A DNA stretch of 64,000 nt from the human T2T-CHM13v2.0 reference genome, Homo sapiens, in NCBI RefSeq assembly GCF_009914755.1, contig NC_060938.1. One strand, written 5' to 3'. The notes beneath the pieces are model-generated. The model was not told where the DNA came from and did no database searches. It was given only the letters and a program-made list of their open reading frames with translations. Made by a program: the position numbers and the translations under genes. Position 1 is the stretch's first letter. Each line of letters starts with the position of its first letter. Positions 12,410 through 25,301 of this stretch are shown here, in pieces.

Positions 12410-15020
12410 TTTATTAAATACATTTTAATTGAAATATAATTTTTTGAAGTGTAAAGTGCACCAATTGTAGTATAAAGCCTGATGACATTTTACAAACACA
12501 TCTGTATTAGTCTCTTCTCATGCTGCTAATAAAGACATACCTGAGACTGCATAATTTATAAAGGAAAGATTTAATTAACTGACAGTTTAGCATGGCCTGG
12601 GGAGGCCTCAGGAAACCTGCAATCATGGCGGAAGGGTAAGCAAGCATGTCCTTCTTCACATGGCAGCAGCAAAAGAAAGTGCAGAGCAAAGTGGGGAAAA
12701 AGCCCTTTATAAAACTATCAGATCTCATGAGAACTCACTCACTATCACAAGAACAGCATGGAGGTAACTGGTCCCGCCCCATAATTTAATTACTTCCTAC
12801 CAGGTCCCTCCCACAACACATGGGAATTATAGGAACTATGATTCAAGATGAGATTTGAGTGGGGCCCAGCCAAACCATATCAACATCTATGTAAGCAAAA
12901 TCCAGATGAAGGTCTATAATATATTCAGTACCTCAGAATCCTTCTTCATACCCTCTCCTGTTTATTACCTTCCTTGTAGGTAGCTGTTTTTATGACTTTG
13001 AGCACTTTGATCTTAGATTAGATTTCCTTGCTCTTGAAATTTATAGAAATGAAATCATACATTATTCATTCTTTCATTAAGCATTTTCTTTTTCTGATGA
13101 GATTCATTCATGTATTGTGTGTAGTAGACAATTCATTATTTTTTACTCTTTTGTAGTGTTCCTTTTTACCAATAATCCTACAACTTATCTATCCTACAAT
13201 TCTATTACTGTTGATCGCCACTTTGGTTACTTCCAGATCAGGATTATGAATAATGTTACGTGCTACTTTTATATGCCATTTATCTGACTGTCTCATAGGA
13301 GTGGACTTCCTAGGTTAATAGCATAAGCATTTTGATATGACATTTTTGTTATTAGTCAATTTGAAATATTTTCTAATGTACAGTCTGATTAATAATTTAT
13401 ATTTTTATTTCTCTTAAAATAACTCCTAAATTATTTAAAATTTTAAAGTATATTGCTTCATTTCAAAACATTCATGATTTCAAATTATCTTTCTGTTATT
13501 GATTTCCACTGTGTATGGAAAGCATAATCAATACTATATCTAGTCTCTGAACATTTTTGAGACTTGCTTCATAGCCCATCATATGACATCCTCTGATAAG
13601 TGTCACATGTGTACCTAAAAAGAATGTATATTTTTATGGTTGATGAGGTAATGTGTATATGTGTGTATTTATTTATATACATATTCAAATCTATAATTTA
13701 CTAAATTTTAAGGTGTGTTCAGTTACTGTAAGAGTTGTATCAAAATCTTCCATTATTATATATATTTGTTTATTTCATTTTTAGTCATGTCATATTTTAC
13801 TTTATGTATTATGAAACTACATTATATTTTACTGTTGGATTGACATATTAACATTATGAAATGACATATCCTTCTTTGTTTTAGTACATTTCTATCTTGA
13901 AATTCTAATTCATCTGATATAATTTTTAATCTTTTAGTAATCAACACTTATGTATTCTTAAATTTGATGTATCTTACAAGTAGTTCAGTGTTGTTCTGTT
14001 AAATTTTTGTATCAATATACGTTTATTGCTAGAATATTTAATCCACTTTATTTTTAATGTAATTATGGGTATATTTTTCTTCAAATTGAACCTTTCAGAT
14101 TTGTTTTTCCTTTATATTATCTGTTCCTAGTTTCTTATTTTTTCATTATATTTTTATAATTAAATGATATTTGGTAATATTTAGTATTTTCCCTTTAAAA
14201 TTTATTTTAATACATGTGTTTATTATTTGCCACATTAATTATGATGCTGATCTTTAATATTATGTATTAAAGTATCAATAGTTGAATTAACATCTGCCTA
14301 TAACTTTTGTCTCTAAACTGTACAAGAAACTTGTACATATTTTTATTATCTTCTGCCTTTGTAGTTATCATAAAATTTAGTTTTATGTATTTTAAATCTT
14401 GCATGCCATTTTTTCATGCCTTGAAAATGTTTTCATATATTTCAAATATCACAATAATTATTTTCAATAATCAATATTGTTTTAGATCTAATTTCACATA
14501 CACACAGCTTTCTGTGCTCTGCATTAACTACAGAATTATTCTCCATCCATCTGGTATCATTTTCATTGACTCTGAAAAACAATCCTTTTGTTATATTTTT
14601 TGATGTGACTCTCTACAATTGATTTTTTTTAGTATTTTTTAAATACTGTCTTCTTTCCCACTTTTCTGTGAAAGATATTTCCTTTGTATATACAATTTCC
14701 TACGATACTTATTTTTCTTCTGCATTTTAAATATCTTGGGCCTCATGGTTTCCTCAGTTACATATGCTTGAAAGTCAGCTTTAAGTCTTGTTTTACTTCT
14801 TTAAAGTGAGGGCATATTTCCCTCTGGCTTTCTTAAACATAGTCTGTCTTTCATTTTCAGCAATTTTATTATAATTTTAGGTGCTTGTTTCCTTTTGTTT
14901 TTGACCATTTTTGTAATTTATAAAGCTTCTTAGATCCATAGATTATTTTTTTTAATTTTTGAAATTCTTGGATAGATTTTATTCAATTCAGCTGCCTCAT
15001 ACTTTTTCTCCTTGCCATTT
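12410..15020 (-). mobile_element. Old L1ME/L1MC fragments (3' end and ORF2), interrupted by a THE1C LTR
   Basis: Degenerate antisense L1M text (aaatgaaatcatac; gagattcattcatgt; aagaatgtatattt). Confidence 0.6.
12503..12882 (-). mobile_element. THE1C-like MaLR solo LTR
   Basis: tgtattagtc...caaaccatatca with perfect 5-bp TSD ACATC (12498-12502 / 12883-12887). Confidence 0.93.
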
Positions 15021-15030
15021 GAAACTATCA

Positions 15031-15066
15031 GTGTGTGTGTGTGTCTGTGTGTGTGTGTGTGTGTGT
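15031..15066. repeat. (GT)n microsatellite with one interruption
   Basis: Seen directly. Confidence 0.95.
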
Positions 15067-16504
15067 AAAGTTATATATCCCTTTAGGAGGAGATATATAA
15101 TTTAATGTTTATATCCTCAGGATTTAACATTTGGGCACATAGCTATTGAATTCAAATATTGAAAGTATTTTTTTTGCAATTTTTAACACTTAAATGGCAT
15201 GATGATGATTTCCCTGTGTACTTTATTTGATTATTTAAAAGGAATTGCATACAAGTACATGTAATTTAGCCCTTCAGCAAATGATAATGCAATATTGTAT
15301 TTTTTTGATATCTTTTTTAAAATACAACCAAGATTACTACCATGCTTACAAATACTTTATTGGCTTTTGCAGACAAAAAATTCATATTTACACAATATTT
15401 AGATTATACTCGAGTAGTCTATTTTGAAAATAATTGTATGTCTTTTAGTAGATTTTCTCTTAATATTTAAATACCTTTAATGACTCTCACTGTCAAACGT
15501 CTGCCCTAGAGAAATTAGAACAGATGGCAACTCCAAGTAATGAAATGAACTGTTGGCTACCAGAGTACCATTATTGTTAAAGATGCCCTATACAACTTGA
15601 AATTTGGCAGTAATCCAAAGGACTTCCAGCAAGTCTTGATATTTTGGAGATTTATCAGAAACTTTCTATATTATCCAATAAATCTTAGTGTAATGTAAGA
15701 GCTACATAGAGGAGCAGCTGACATGACACAGTATTTTAACAACACTTACTGAAAGATAAATATTTTCTATCTCTCTGCTAATGTGTTTCTGAAAGACTAA
15801 ATGTAGATACGCATATTTTTGTGGCAAAATCATAAGTATACTATTGATTTCAAGAGGAGAGAATATCAACAGAAATAACAATAACAGGAAATAATGTGTT
15901 TCAATATAGAAAAACATCTTATCACTGGTTCAGAAGCATGTATATACTTACAAGGGAAAATAATCAGAAAGGAATAACACAAGTAGGTAGACTGTAAAGA
16001 GGAAATTGAGCCAAATATTTGTGCCAGAAAAAGCCATGCCTTACATTCATTATAAATATATATTACAGATGAGCTTATTTTTTAATACTGAAAAGTTGCA
16101 GATTTTCAAAGTTTTATTTTTCTAATATGTCAGCCCCCATGAAAGGATTATAGTTTTGTTCTGTGATTTTTCTAAAAATTAATTTTACATAATATTCTAT
16201 TTTCTGGGTTTTAGAACATTTTATTGTTGTTCGGAAATAAATTGATTAAAAAACACCAATTCACTTACAATAACATTATGACTTTGATAAACATTATTAC
16301 AAAAAATTATTTTCAATTCCAAACATTTTGAATTTATCTGACACTTAATTTTTAAATCCTTTATTTACTAGCAATGTCTTTTCTGAGCTCCCTAAATATA
16401 TGCATAAAGTTAGTGTAATGGATATGAATGGTTACAATAACAATATTGATAACAATAAAGAGTAAGATAATAAAAGTGACTAAGTTGGAGCTTTTATAAT
16501 TTAG

Positions 16505-16595
16505 CAGAAATATGAGAATACAATTAAATAATTCATTAAAAATATTTAGCATTGTGCCTAACAGAGTAAGCACTCAATATGTTATGTTATTGTTT
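16505..16595 (+). mobile_element. MIR 3' fragment
   Basis: tttagcattgtgcctaacagagtaagcactcaatatgtta resembles the MIR 3' end. Confidence 0.6.
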
Positions 16596-17747
16596 TTAGG
16601 ACAATATATTACTTTTAAAAACTTTAATATCTCTTTTTTGTTGTTGTTCAACATAATTACCTTGGCAAAAAAAAACAAGAAGGATATAATGTAAGATGGC
16701 TTTAAACATTTACTTAATTAAAATAAAACATATTATTTAATACTTTATATTTTAAAAAGTATTTTTATACTAAACACTATCCATGGTTATAGATAATTCA
16801 TTTCTGTTTTTTTTTTCTACTAAGACAAAACTTTGAATCTTTTCATCAAAATTGACCAGTTATGTGACCTTATGGAAATTGTGATCTTCTGTTTCTTGAG
16901 CTGTGTCTTTAACATATTTGCTATTTAAATAACAATATGATAGAATTTTCCCATGTTTTTATTTCAATAATTTTGTTTTATTTCCAACAATAGACATTTT
17001 AAATTAAAATTATTTTTCAAAGTTCATGAAGAATTTTATAATTTATTTGTATATATCTGAATTGTTTTTTCAAAAGAATCATGTTACCATACAGTTCCAC
17101 CAATAATATACAAGAACATTTATTTCATTGAATTATAATGGAATTTAGGTTTTTATTTGTTATTAACTTTTCTCCTTTGATGAACAAAAGTTTTTTAAAA
17201 CCTGTTTTTCATGTATATTCCATTATTAAGAAAATTTAAAATATTCCCATAAAGTTGTGGTATTTTTGTCTTTTTGTGAAAATTGTCTATATAATATGTA
17301 TTCATTTTGAATGAATATATCTTCCTACAGGTATAATTTTATTCATCCAGCCAGTATTGATTAGCATCTATTTTATGTAGAATGCACTATTTTATGAGTT
17401 GTAAATAAAGCAGTGCACAAAATAGATATAAATGTCTACCCACGTAGAACATATAAACAATACATAAACTGAACTAGCAGAGTGTTAGTTATGTTAGATG
17501 TTATTAAGTTCTGTGGAACATAAAGCTTTGGTAAGGAAACCTTGCCTCAGAAGGTGATTTTAAATATAAGAGAATGAGCCATGCAGATATCCAGGGAAAT
17601 AAATTTCTGGACAGACTTGAAAGCATGTGCAAATAACCTTAGTTAGTGTAACATATGGGGAGTGAGAATTCCAATGAATTGGAGTTGCATGAATGAAGTC
17701 TACAGCAAAAAGAAATGAGGTCAGAGAAATAATGTGTGAATAAGCAT

Positions 17748-17813
17748 TATAGTTACCCCATCTAGGAGGGATAGGTGTCATACTCAAATTTTGGTTCAGA
17801 TATTAAACTAATG

Positions 17814-17858
<45 letters not shown>

Positions 17859-18176
17859 CAGGTATGAACTCATTGTTCACATAGCATAGTTTTTGGGGGA
17901 GAGCAGGGAATATTCCCAATGGGGTCTGAAAATGGCTTGTAGGAGGAAAATGCAACTGCCTCGGGTTTTATAGTGATTAAGGGGTGAGGTTGGGGCAAGT
18001 GTTCCTGTGCACTTGAAAGTGGTGTTTGCATGGTTTTAACATTTTGCCAGTGCCAGAGAGAGAACATGTGTCTTATCCACTTGCCTAAAAGTGGAACAAG
18101 TGGGTAAGAAGGAGGAGTGGGGATTGAAGTTTGTCAGCAGTCAAATATCAAAAATGAAGTCAAACTATATATAACA
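17748..18176 (-). mobile_element. LTR47-like ERVL solo LTR
   Basis: Minus strand starts tgttat...gacttcatttttgatatttgactgctgaca, as recalled for LTR47A/B. Confidence 0.7.
17817..17854. repeat. (AC)19 perfect microsatellite
   Basis: Seen directly. Confidence 0.97.
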
Positions 18177-19081
18177 TCAGACCACATTGGTTATCAATAA
18201 TAGTTATAAGGGAAGCCATTTGTAGGTATTGAGCAAGCAGAGCATGATATAATCTGATTTAGCTCTACCTGAAACACTGTGAGCCTTTTGTTGAGAACTG
18301 AAAGAAAGTGAGTAAAGGAAGATGCATGGAACCCAGAAATAGGCTCTTGCTTTAATCTTGTGAAAGATGGTAGCGACTCATCACAAGAAGTTTGCAGTTA
18401 GAGATGTTGGAAAGAAACTGGGTTAAGAGACTTGATTATTTTGAAATTAGAAATATCAGGATTTGTTGATGAAATGGATATGCTATTAGAAAGAAAAAAG
18501 TTTGGGTCTGAAAACTTAGAAGAAGAATTTGGGATCAACTGATAGAGGGTATGCTCTGACAGAAAAATGTTTAAGGAAAGGTAAATAAAAAAGCTCCATT
18601 TGCCTCCCAACTCAGTTAAGAGATAGGATATATAAATCTGGAGGTTAGAGCTAAGGTGGGTTAGATATATACAACTGAAATATATTAGTGAAGAGATGAC
18701 ATTCAAAGCCATGGAATTGCATGAGAACCTTGGTAATGACTGGAAATAGGGTGGAAATGTAGTACAAGGTCTCATCTTAGGGGCACTCCAAAGTTCAAAG
18801 TTCGGAGAGATACTTATGAATCAGCAAAGTAGTTGACTGAGAAGAAGGAGCAGTGTTAGAAGCCAAGAAGGAGTGTTAGAAGCAAAGAATTTTCTATCTA
18901 TGAAGAGAAATTGGGTCATAGAAGTAATGATTAACTTTATTATAGTAGGTTAAGTCAAACAAGGACAGAGAATTGATGAGCTTGACAAGAATGGTTTCTG
19001 GCACAAATATTTGGCTCAATTTCCTCTTTAGATTCTACCTACTTGTGTTATTCCTTTCTTATTTTTTTCCCTTGTAGGTAT

Positions 19082-19886
19082 GTGCACCCTCTGAACCACA
19101 GCCTGAGCTGCACTTTGACCCCTTTAAGCCATGGCTGGAGTAGCTGTGACGCAGGTCACCATGTCCCTTGGCTGCACAAAGCAGGGGGGATATAGACCTG
19201 GTCCAGCAAACAATTTTCCCCTTCTAGGCCTCTGGGCCTGTGATGGAAGGTGCTGCTGTGAAGGTCTTTGACGTGCCTTGGAGACATTTTTTCCATTGTC
19301 TTGGTGATTAACATTTGACTCCTTGTGACTTATGCAAATTTCTGGAGGAGGCTTGAATTTCTTTCCAAAGAATGAGTTTTTCTTTTCTATTGCATCGTCA
19401 GGCTACGAATGTTCCAAATTTTTATGCTCTGCTTTCTCTTGAATGCCTTGCTGCTCAGAAATTTCTTCTGCCAGATACCCTAAATCATCTCTCTCAAGTT
19501 CAAAGTTCCAAAGATCTCTAGGACAGGAGCAAAATGCCACCAGTCTCTCTGCTAAAGCATAACAAGAGTCACCTTTGCTCCAGTTCCCAACAAGTTCCTT
19601 ATCTCCATCAGAGAGCACCTTAGCCTGGACTTCATTGTTCATATCACTATGAGTATTTTGGTCAAAGCCATTCAGCAAGTCTCTAAGAAGTTCCAAACTT
19701 TCCCATATCTTCCTGTTTTCTGTGTCCTCCAAGTCTCTAGGAAGCTCCAAACTTTCCCACATTTCCCTATCTTTTTCTAAGCCCTCCAAACTGTTCCAAC
19801 CTCTGCCTGTTACCCAGTTCCAAAGGTGCTTCCAGATTTTTTGGGTATCGTGAGAGCAGTACCCCACTCTACAGGTAGCAATTTAC
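19082..19886 (-). mobile_element. THE1C internal region, truncated (~800 bp); remnant of the MaLR internal ORF
   Basis: Aligns with the THE1A internal sequence at 23690-24470; ORF 19403-19867 (LVGNWSKGDSCY...PRDLWNFELERDDLGYL) parallels ORF 24028-24261. Confidence 0.9.
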
Positions 19887-20258
19887 TGCATTAGTCTGTT
19901 CTCATGCTGCTAATAAAGACATACCTGAGTCTGTGTAATTTATAAAGAAAATATGTTTAATTGACTCACAGTTCATCAGGGCTGGGTAGGCCTCAAGAAA
20001 CTTACAATCATGGCAGAAGGGCAAGCAAACATATCCTTCTTCACATGGTGGCAGCACGGAGAAATGCAGGACAAAGTGGGGGAAAGTCCCTTATAAAACC
20101 ATCAGATCTTGTGAGAACTCACTATCACAAGAACAGCATGGAAAAAACCCACCCCATGATTGAATTACCTCCCACCAGGTCCCTTCCATGACATGTGGGG
20201 ATAAGGAGTGCTACAATTAAAGATGATATTTGGGTGGGGACACAGCCAAACCATATTA
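19887..20258 (-). mobile_element. THE1C-like 5' LTR
   Basis: tgcattagtctgttctcatgctgctaataaagac...cagccaaaccatatta adjoining the internal region. Confidence 0.9.
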
Positions 20259-20875
20259 CAGGATTTGTTTCTTTTTCAAACAGCTAAGGGCAAGCTAGAG
20301 AAAAGATAGAAAGTTAGACATATATTGAAGGGAATAACTAAAATAATTAATCGTGTTATTTAAGGTGGATTGAAGGAAAATGGGAATGTGTGGTAAGTGG
20401 AATACAGTCACAGGATAGAAAAGATCTAAGACCCCATTGATGTCCAGGAGTTGTATTCAGTACATGACAGAGAATTGAAAGGAGATCATTGAGTGCTTGA
20501 CATTATCTGTTACCAACAGTTTTAAGGTATGTGTATGTAAATAAATATTTTAGGCAGAGTGAAGGACAAAAATAGTTTTAGTGGATGTTAAATGACTAAA
20601 GTGGGTTCAAGAGCAAGTAGGAGTATAAAATTGGAAACTGCAAGTGTAAACAACTGTTTCAAGAAAAATATTCTAAAGGGAAGGAAAGAGAAGATCATAG
20701 GAAGACAGAAAGTCAATGATATAAAAAACCTCTTTCCATTACTGCCATCTTCAAAGTAGTTGCATTTTGAATTTGAACACTTATTACAGTTCTAAAAAAA
20801 CACATTTTATAAATGAAGACATAAGTAATGGAATTTTTCTGCTAATCATATTTGTGGCTATAAAGAAGGGCAATC

Positions 20876-21167
20876 TGCCAGGTGTGGTGGCTCATACCTA
20901 TAATCTCAGTAATTTAAGAGGCCATGGTGGGAACATCACTTGAGGTGCAGTTCAAGACCAGCCTGTGTAACATAATGAGACCTCATCTTTACAAAAATTC
21001 TAAAAAATTTTCCAGGCATGGTGGAGCATGTATTTACTCCCAGATAATTGGGGCGATAGGGTAACAGAATTGCTTGAGCCCAGGAGTTTGAGGCTGCAGT
21101 GAGTTAGTTCACACCACTGCACTTCAGCCTGGGCAACAGAGTGAGACTCTCCCAAAAAAAAAAAAAA
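20876..21167 (+). mobile_element. AluJ full-length SINE
   Basis: J-type gagcccaggagtttgaggctgcagtgag; poly-A; TSD AAGGGCAATC on both sides. Confidence 0.9.
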
Positions 21168-21258
21168 GAAAAGGGCAATCATCAGAATAAATACCTTCTA
21201 GTAGATTATTATTAAAATTTCATCATGATGTGCATAATTTAATAGTATCAGGAAATCT

Positions 21259-21554
21259 GGCAGGGCACATTGGCTCACACCTATAATCCAAGTACTTTGG
21301 AAGGCCAGGGCATGAGAATTTCATGAGTCCAGGAGTTCAACACCAGCCTCAGCAACATAGTGATAACTCGTCTTTAGAAAAAATTAAAAAGAAAAATTAG
21401 GTGAGCATGGTGGTGCCTGCCTGTAGTCCCTGATATTCAGGAGTCTGAGGCAGGAGGATCCCTTGAGTGTAAGAGCTCAAGACTGTAGTGAGCCATGATT
21501 GCACCAATGCACTTCAGCCTGGGTGACAGAGCCAGACCCTGTCTCAGGAAAAAA
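21259..21554 (+). mobile_element. AluJ full-length SINE
   Basis: Two diverged Alu arms, ggaggatc and gagccatgattgcacc (J-type). Confidence 0.88.
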
Positions 21555-22313
21555 CATCTTTATATAAGTTAAGGGCTATTTTTGTCCTAACCAAAGGAGT
21601 CCATTGGAGTCAATATTTTTTAAATAAGAAAAAATATGAAAAGGGGGAAAAAAACTCTTCTATGTTTTTCTTGGATATAGTATCCTTTTTAGTATATTTT
21701 AATTGTAGTGTTAATATTTAGCTTACTTGAATAATATGATACTTGTCAAATGGAAAGTATGACCTGTTTGAATATTCTTAGGGTTTTGAAGTGTGTGCAA
21801 GAATAATGTTAGAGTACTAAATTTAACATTCGGGAAGAGTCACTCTGCTTCAATACAGATTATTTTATCTCTAGGTGTTTAAAGATTTTTCAATTTCAAA
21901 ATTACCAATATCCTTTGTAAAATTAGTAATTGTCCATAGCTATAATTATGTACCTATCAACTGGTTCATGCACTTGGAAATATACAAATTAATTCAATTT
22001 CTGTTTAACTTTAATAAAACTAAATTATGATATACATAGGCACACATAAATTTTTGTTATGATTTGCAATTTGTAAAATAATATCTACAATCACTATTAT
22101 TTTCCAAATGTCATCTTTTAAGTAAAATCTAACACAACTTCAACATTTTTCTTCTTTTGGACTCTTTCATGGAGTTTTATGCTATTATTAATTTTCACAC
22201 CTAAGTGACCTATTTATAATTTTATTTGTAAAAATATTATTTTAATTGATTAAATTAAGATTTTTTCACTTTTAGAAAAAGTGAAAAAGTAGAGGTTTAT
22301 TTTCATTATTTTA

Positions 22314-22366
22314 CTTTTCCTTCTAGCTAAATAATTAATTCCTTTTCCTTCTAGCTAAATAATTAA
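22314..22366. repeat. Direct repeat cttttccttctagctaaataattaa x2 (28-bp period)
   Basis: Identical 25-mers at 22314-22338 and 22342-22366. Confidence 0.9.
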
Positions 22367-22551
22367 AATGTAAAAAGATATTTGTACATCTTTTCTCTTC
22401 TTATAAGAGAAAAACCTAGTAAAATAAATTTCATCCTCAATTTAAAAATTACACTGTACGAACTCATATATTAGCAGCTGAAGCCATAGTATGAACAGAA
22501 GACACTCTGAAATAAAGTATCGAAATATCAGGATTTGGCTCTTTAACTGAT

Positions 22552-24825
22552 TGTATTAGTTCATTTTCATGCTGCTGATAAAGACATACTAGAGACTGGG
22601 AAGAAAAAGAGGTTTAATTGGACTTACATTTCCACATGGCTGAGGCGGCCTCATAATCATGGCGTGAGGTGAAAGGCACTTCTTACACAGTGGCAGGAAG
22701 AGAAAATGAGAAAGATGCAAAAGCGGAAACCCCTAATACAACCATCAGATCTCGAGAGACTTATTCACTACCATAAGAACAGTATGGGGAAAGCTGCCCA
22801 CATGATTCAAATTATCTCCCACTGGGTCCATCCCACAACACATGGGAATTATGGGAGTACAATTCAAGATGAAATTTGGGTGGAGACACAGAGCCAAACC
22901 ATATCATTCCACCCCTGGACCCTCCAAGTTTCATGTCCTCACACTTCAAAACCAATTATGCCTTCCCAACTGTCCCCCAAAGTCTTAACTCATTTCAGCA
23001 TTAACCCAAAAGTCCACAGGCCAAAGTTTCATCAGAGACAAGGCAAGTCCCTTCCACCTGTGAGCCTGTAAAATCAAAAGCAAGGTAGTTACTTCCTAGA
23101 TACAATGGGGGTACAGGTATTGGGTAAATACAGCTGTTCCAAATGGGAGACATTGGCCAAAACAAAGAGGTTACAGGCCCCACGTGAGTCTGAAATCCAG
23201 TGGGGCGGTCAAATTTTAAGCTCCAAAATGATCATCTTAGACTCCATGTCTCACACCCAGGTCATGCTGATGCAAGATGTGGGTTCCCCTGGTTTTGGGC
23301 AGCTCTGCCTCTGTGGCTTTGCAGGGTACAGCCTTCCTCCCAGTTGCTTTCACCGTCTGGCATTGAGTGTCTGTGGCTTTTCCAGGTGCACGGTGCAAGC
23401 TGTAGGTGGATCTACCATTCCGGGGTCTGGAGGATGGTGGCATCTCCTCACAGCTCCACTAGGCAGTGCCCCGGTAGGGACTCTGTGTGGGTGCTCTAAC
23501 CCCACATTTCCCTTCTGCAGTGCCCTAGGAGAGGTTCTCCATGAGGGCGCCCACCCCTGCAGCAAATTTTTGCCTGGGCATCCAGGCATTTCCATACATC
23601 TCCTGAAATCTAGGTGGAGGTTCCCAAACTTCAATTCTTGACTTCTGTGCACCTGTAGGCTGAACACAATGGTGAAGCTGCCATGGCTTGGGACTTCCAC
23701 ATTCTGAAGCCACAGCTTGAGTTCTACATTGCCCCCTTTCAGCTGTGGCTGGAGCAGCTGGGATACAAGGCACCAAGTCCCTAGGCTGCATACAGCACGG
23801 GGATCCTTGGCCTGACCCATGAAACTACTTTTTCCTCCTGGGCCTGTGATGGGAGGGGCTGCCATGAAGGTCTCTGACATGCCCTGTAGACATTTTTCCC
23901 ATGGTCTTGGGGATTAACATTAGACTCCTTGCCACCTATACAAATTTCTGTAGCTGGCTTGAATTTCTTCTCAGAAAATGGATTTTTCTTTTCTACTGCA
24001 TTGTTAGGCTGCAAATTTTCTGAACTTTTATGCTGTTTCCCTTTTGAAACTGAATGCTTTTAACAGCACCCAAGTCACATTCTGAATGCTTTGCTGCTTA
24101 GAAATTTCTTCTGTCAAATACCCTAAATCATCTCTCTCAAGTTCAAAGTTCCACAAATCTCTAGGGCAGGGGCAAAATGCTGTCAGTCTGTTTGCTAAAA
24201 CATAACAAGAGTCACTTTTGCTCCAGTTCCCAACAAGTTCCTCATCTCCATCTGAGACCACCTCAGCCTAGACCTTATTGTTCATATCACTGTCAGCATT
24301 TTTGTCAAAGCCATTCAACAAGACTTTGAGAGGTTCCAAACTTTCCTACATTTTCTTGTCTTCTTTTGAGTCCTCCAAACTGTTCCAACCTCTGCCTGTT
24401 ACCCAGTTCCGAAGTCACTTCCACATTTTTTGTATCTTTTCAGCAATGCCCCACTCCTGGTATCAATTTACCATATTATTCCATTTTTATGCTGCTGATA
24501 AAGACATACTCAAGACTAGGAAGAAAAAGAGGTTTAATTGGACTTACAGTTCCACATGGCTGGGGAGCCCTTAGAATCATGGCAGGAGTCAAGGGCACCT
24601 CTTACATGGTGGCAGCAAGAGAAAATGAGGAAGATGCAAAAGCAGAAACCACTGATAAAACTATCAGATCTCGCGAGACTTATTCACTACCATGAGAAAA
24701 ATATGGGGGAAACCAGCCCCATGATTCCTGTTATCTCCCACCAGGTCCCTCCCACTACACGTGGGAATTATGGGAGTACAATTCAAGATGAGATTTGGCT
24801 GGGGACACAGAGCCAAGCCATATCA
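22552..24825 (-). mobile_element. Full-length THE1A-like MaLR element: LTR 22552-22906, internal ~1.56 kb, LTR 24472-24825
   Basis: Two homologous LTRs with THE1A text (gaagaaaaagaggtttaattggacttac); complete internal region; TSD CTGAT/CTGGT. Confidence 0.93.
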
Positions 24826-25005
24826 CTGGTATTTTTAAAGATTAATAGAACAGAAACTACTATATTGACTGAGGTGAATGAAATTATGTGAGTAAATGAC
24901 ATAAATAGGGAAATCCAATAGAGTTAATGTCAATGTGGGAAAATCCTGGACACTAAACTAGCATAGAGAATAAAGTTCATTTTTAATAATTTATTTAATG
25001 TGTAA

Positions 25006-25301
<296 letters not shown>

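Larger units (their letters stand above)
17338..19000 (-). mobile_element. L2a LINE fragment, interrupted by an LTR47-like element
   Basis: attcatccagccagtattgattagcatcta (L2 3' end, antisense); gagccatgcagatatccaggg; caggatttgttgatgaaatggat. Confidence 0.7.

Noticed and set aside
19403-19867. 154-aa ORF with an internal repeated peptide (WESLEL.RDL x2)
   Set aside because: THE1 internal remnant; the ~55-bp duplication is diverged and, as I recall, shared by THE1C internal copies, so it is not locus-specific
22706-24891. Cluster of long overlapping ORFs (up to 178 aa)
   Set aside because: All lie within the THE1A element and are decayed internal-ORF pieces or antisense chance frames
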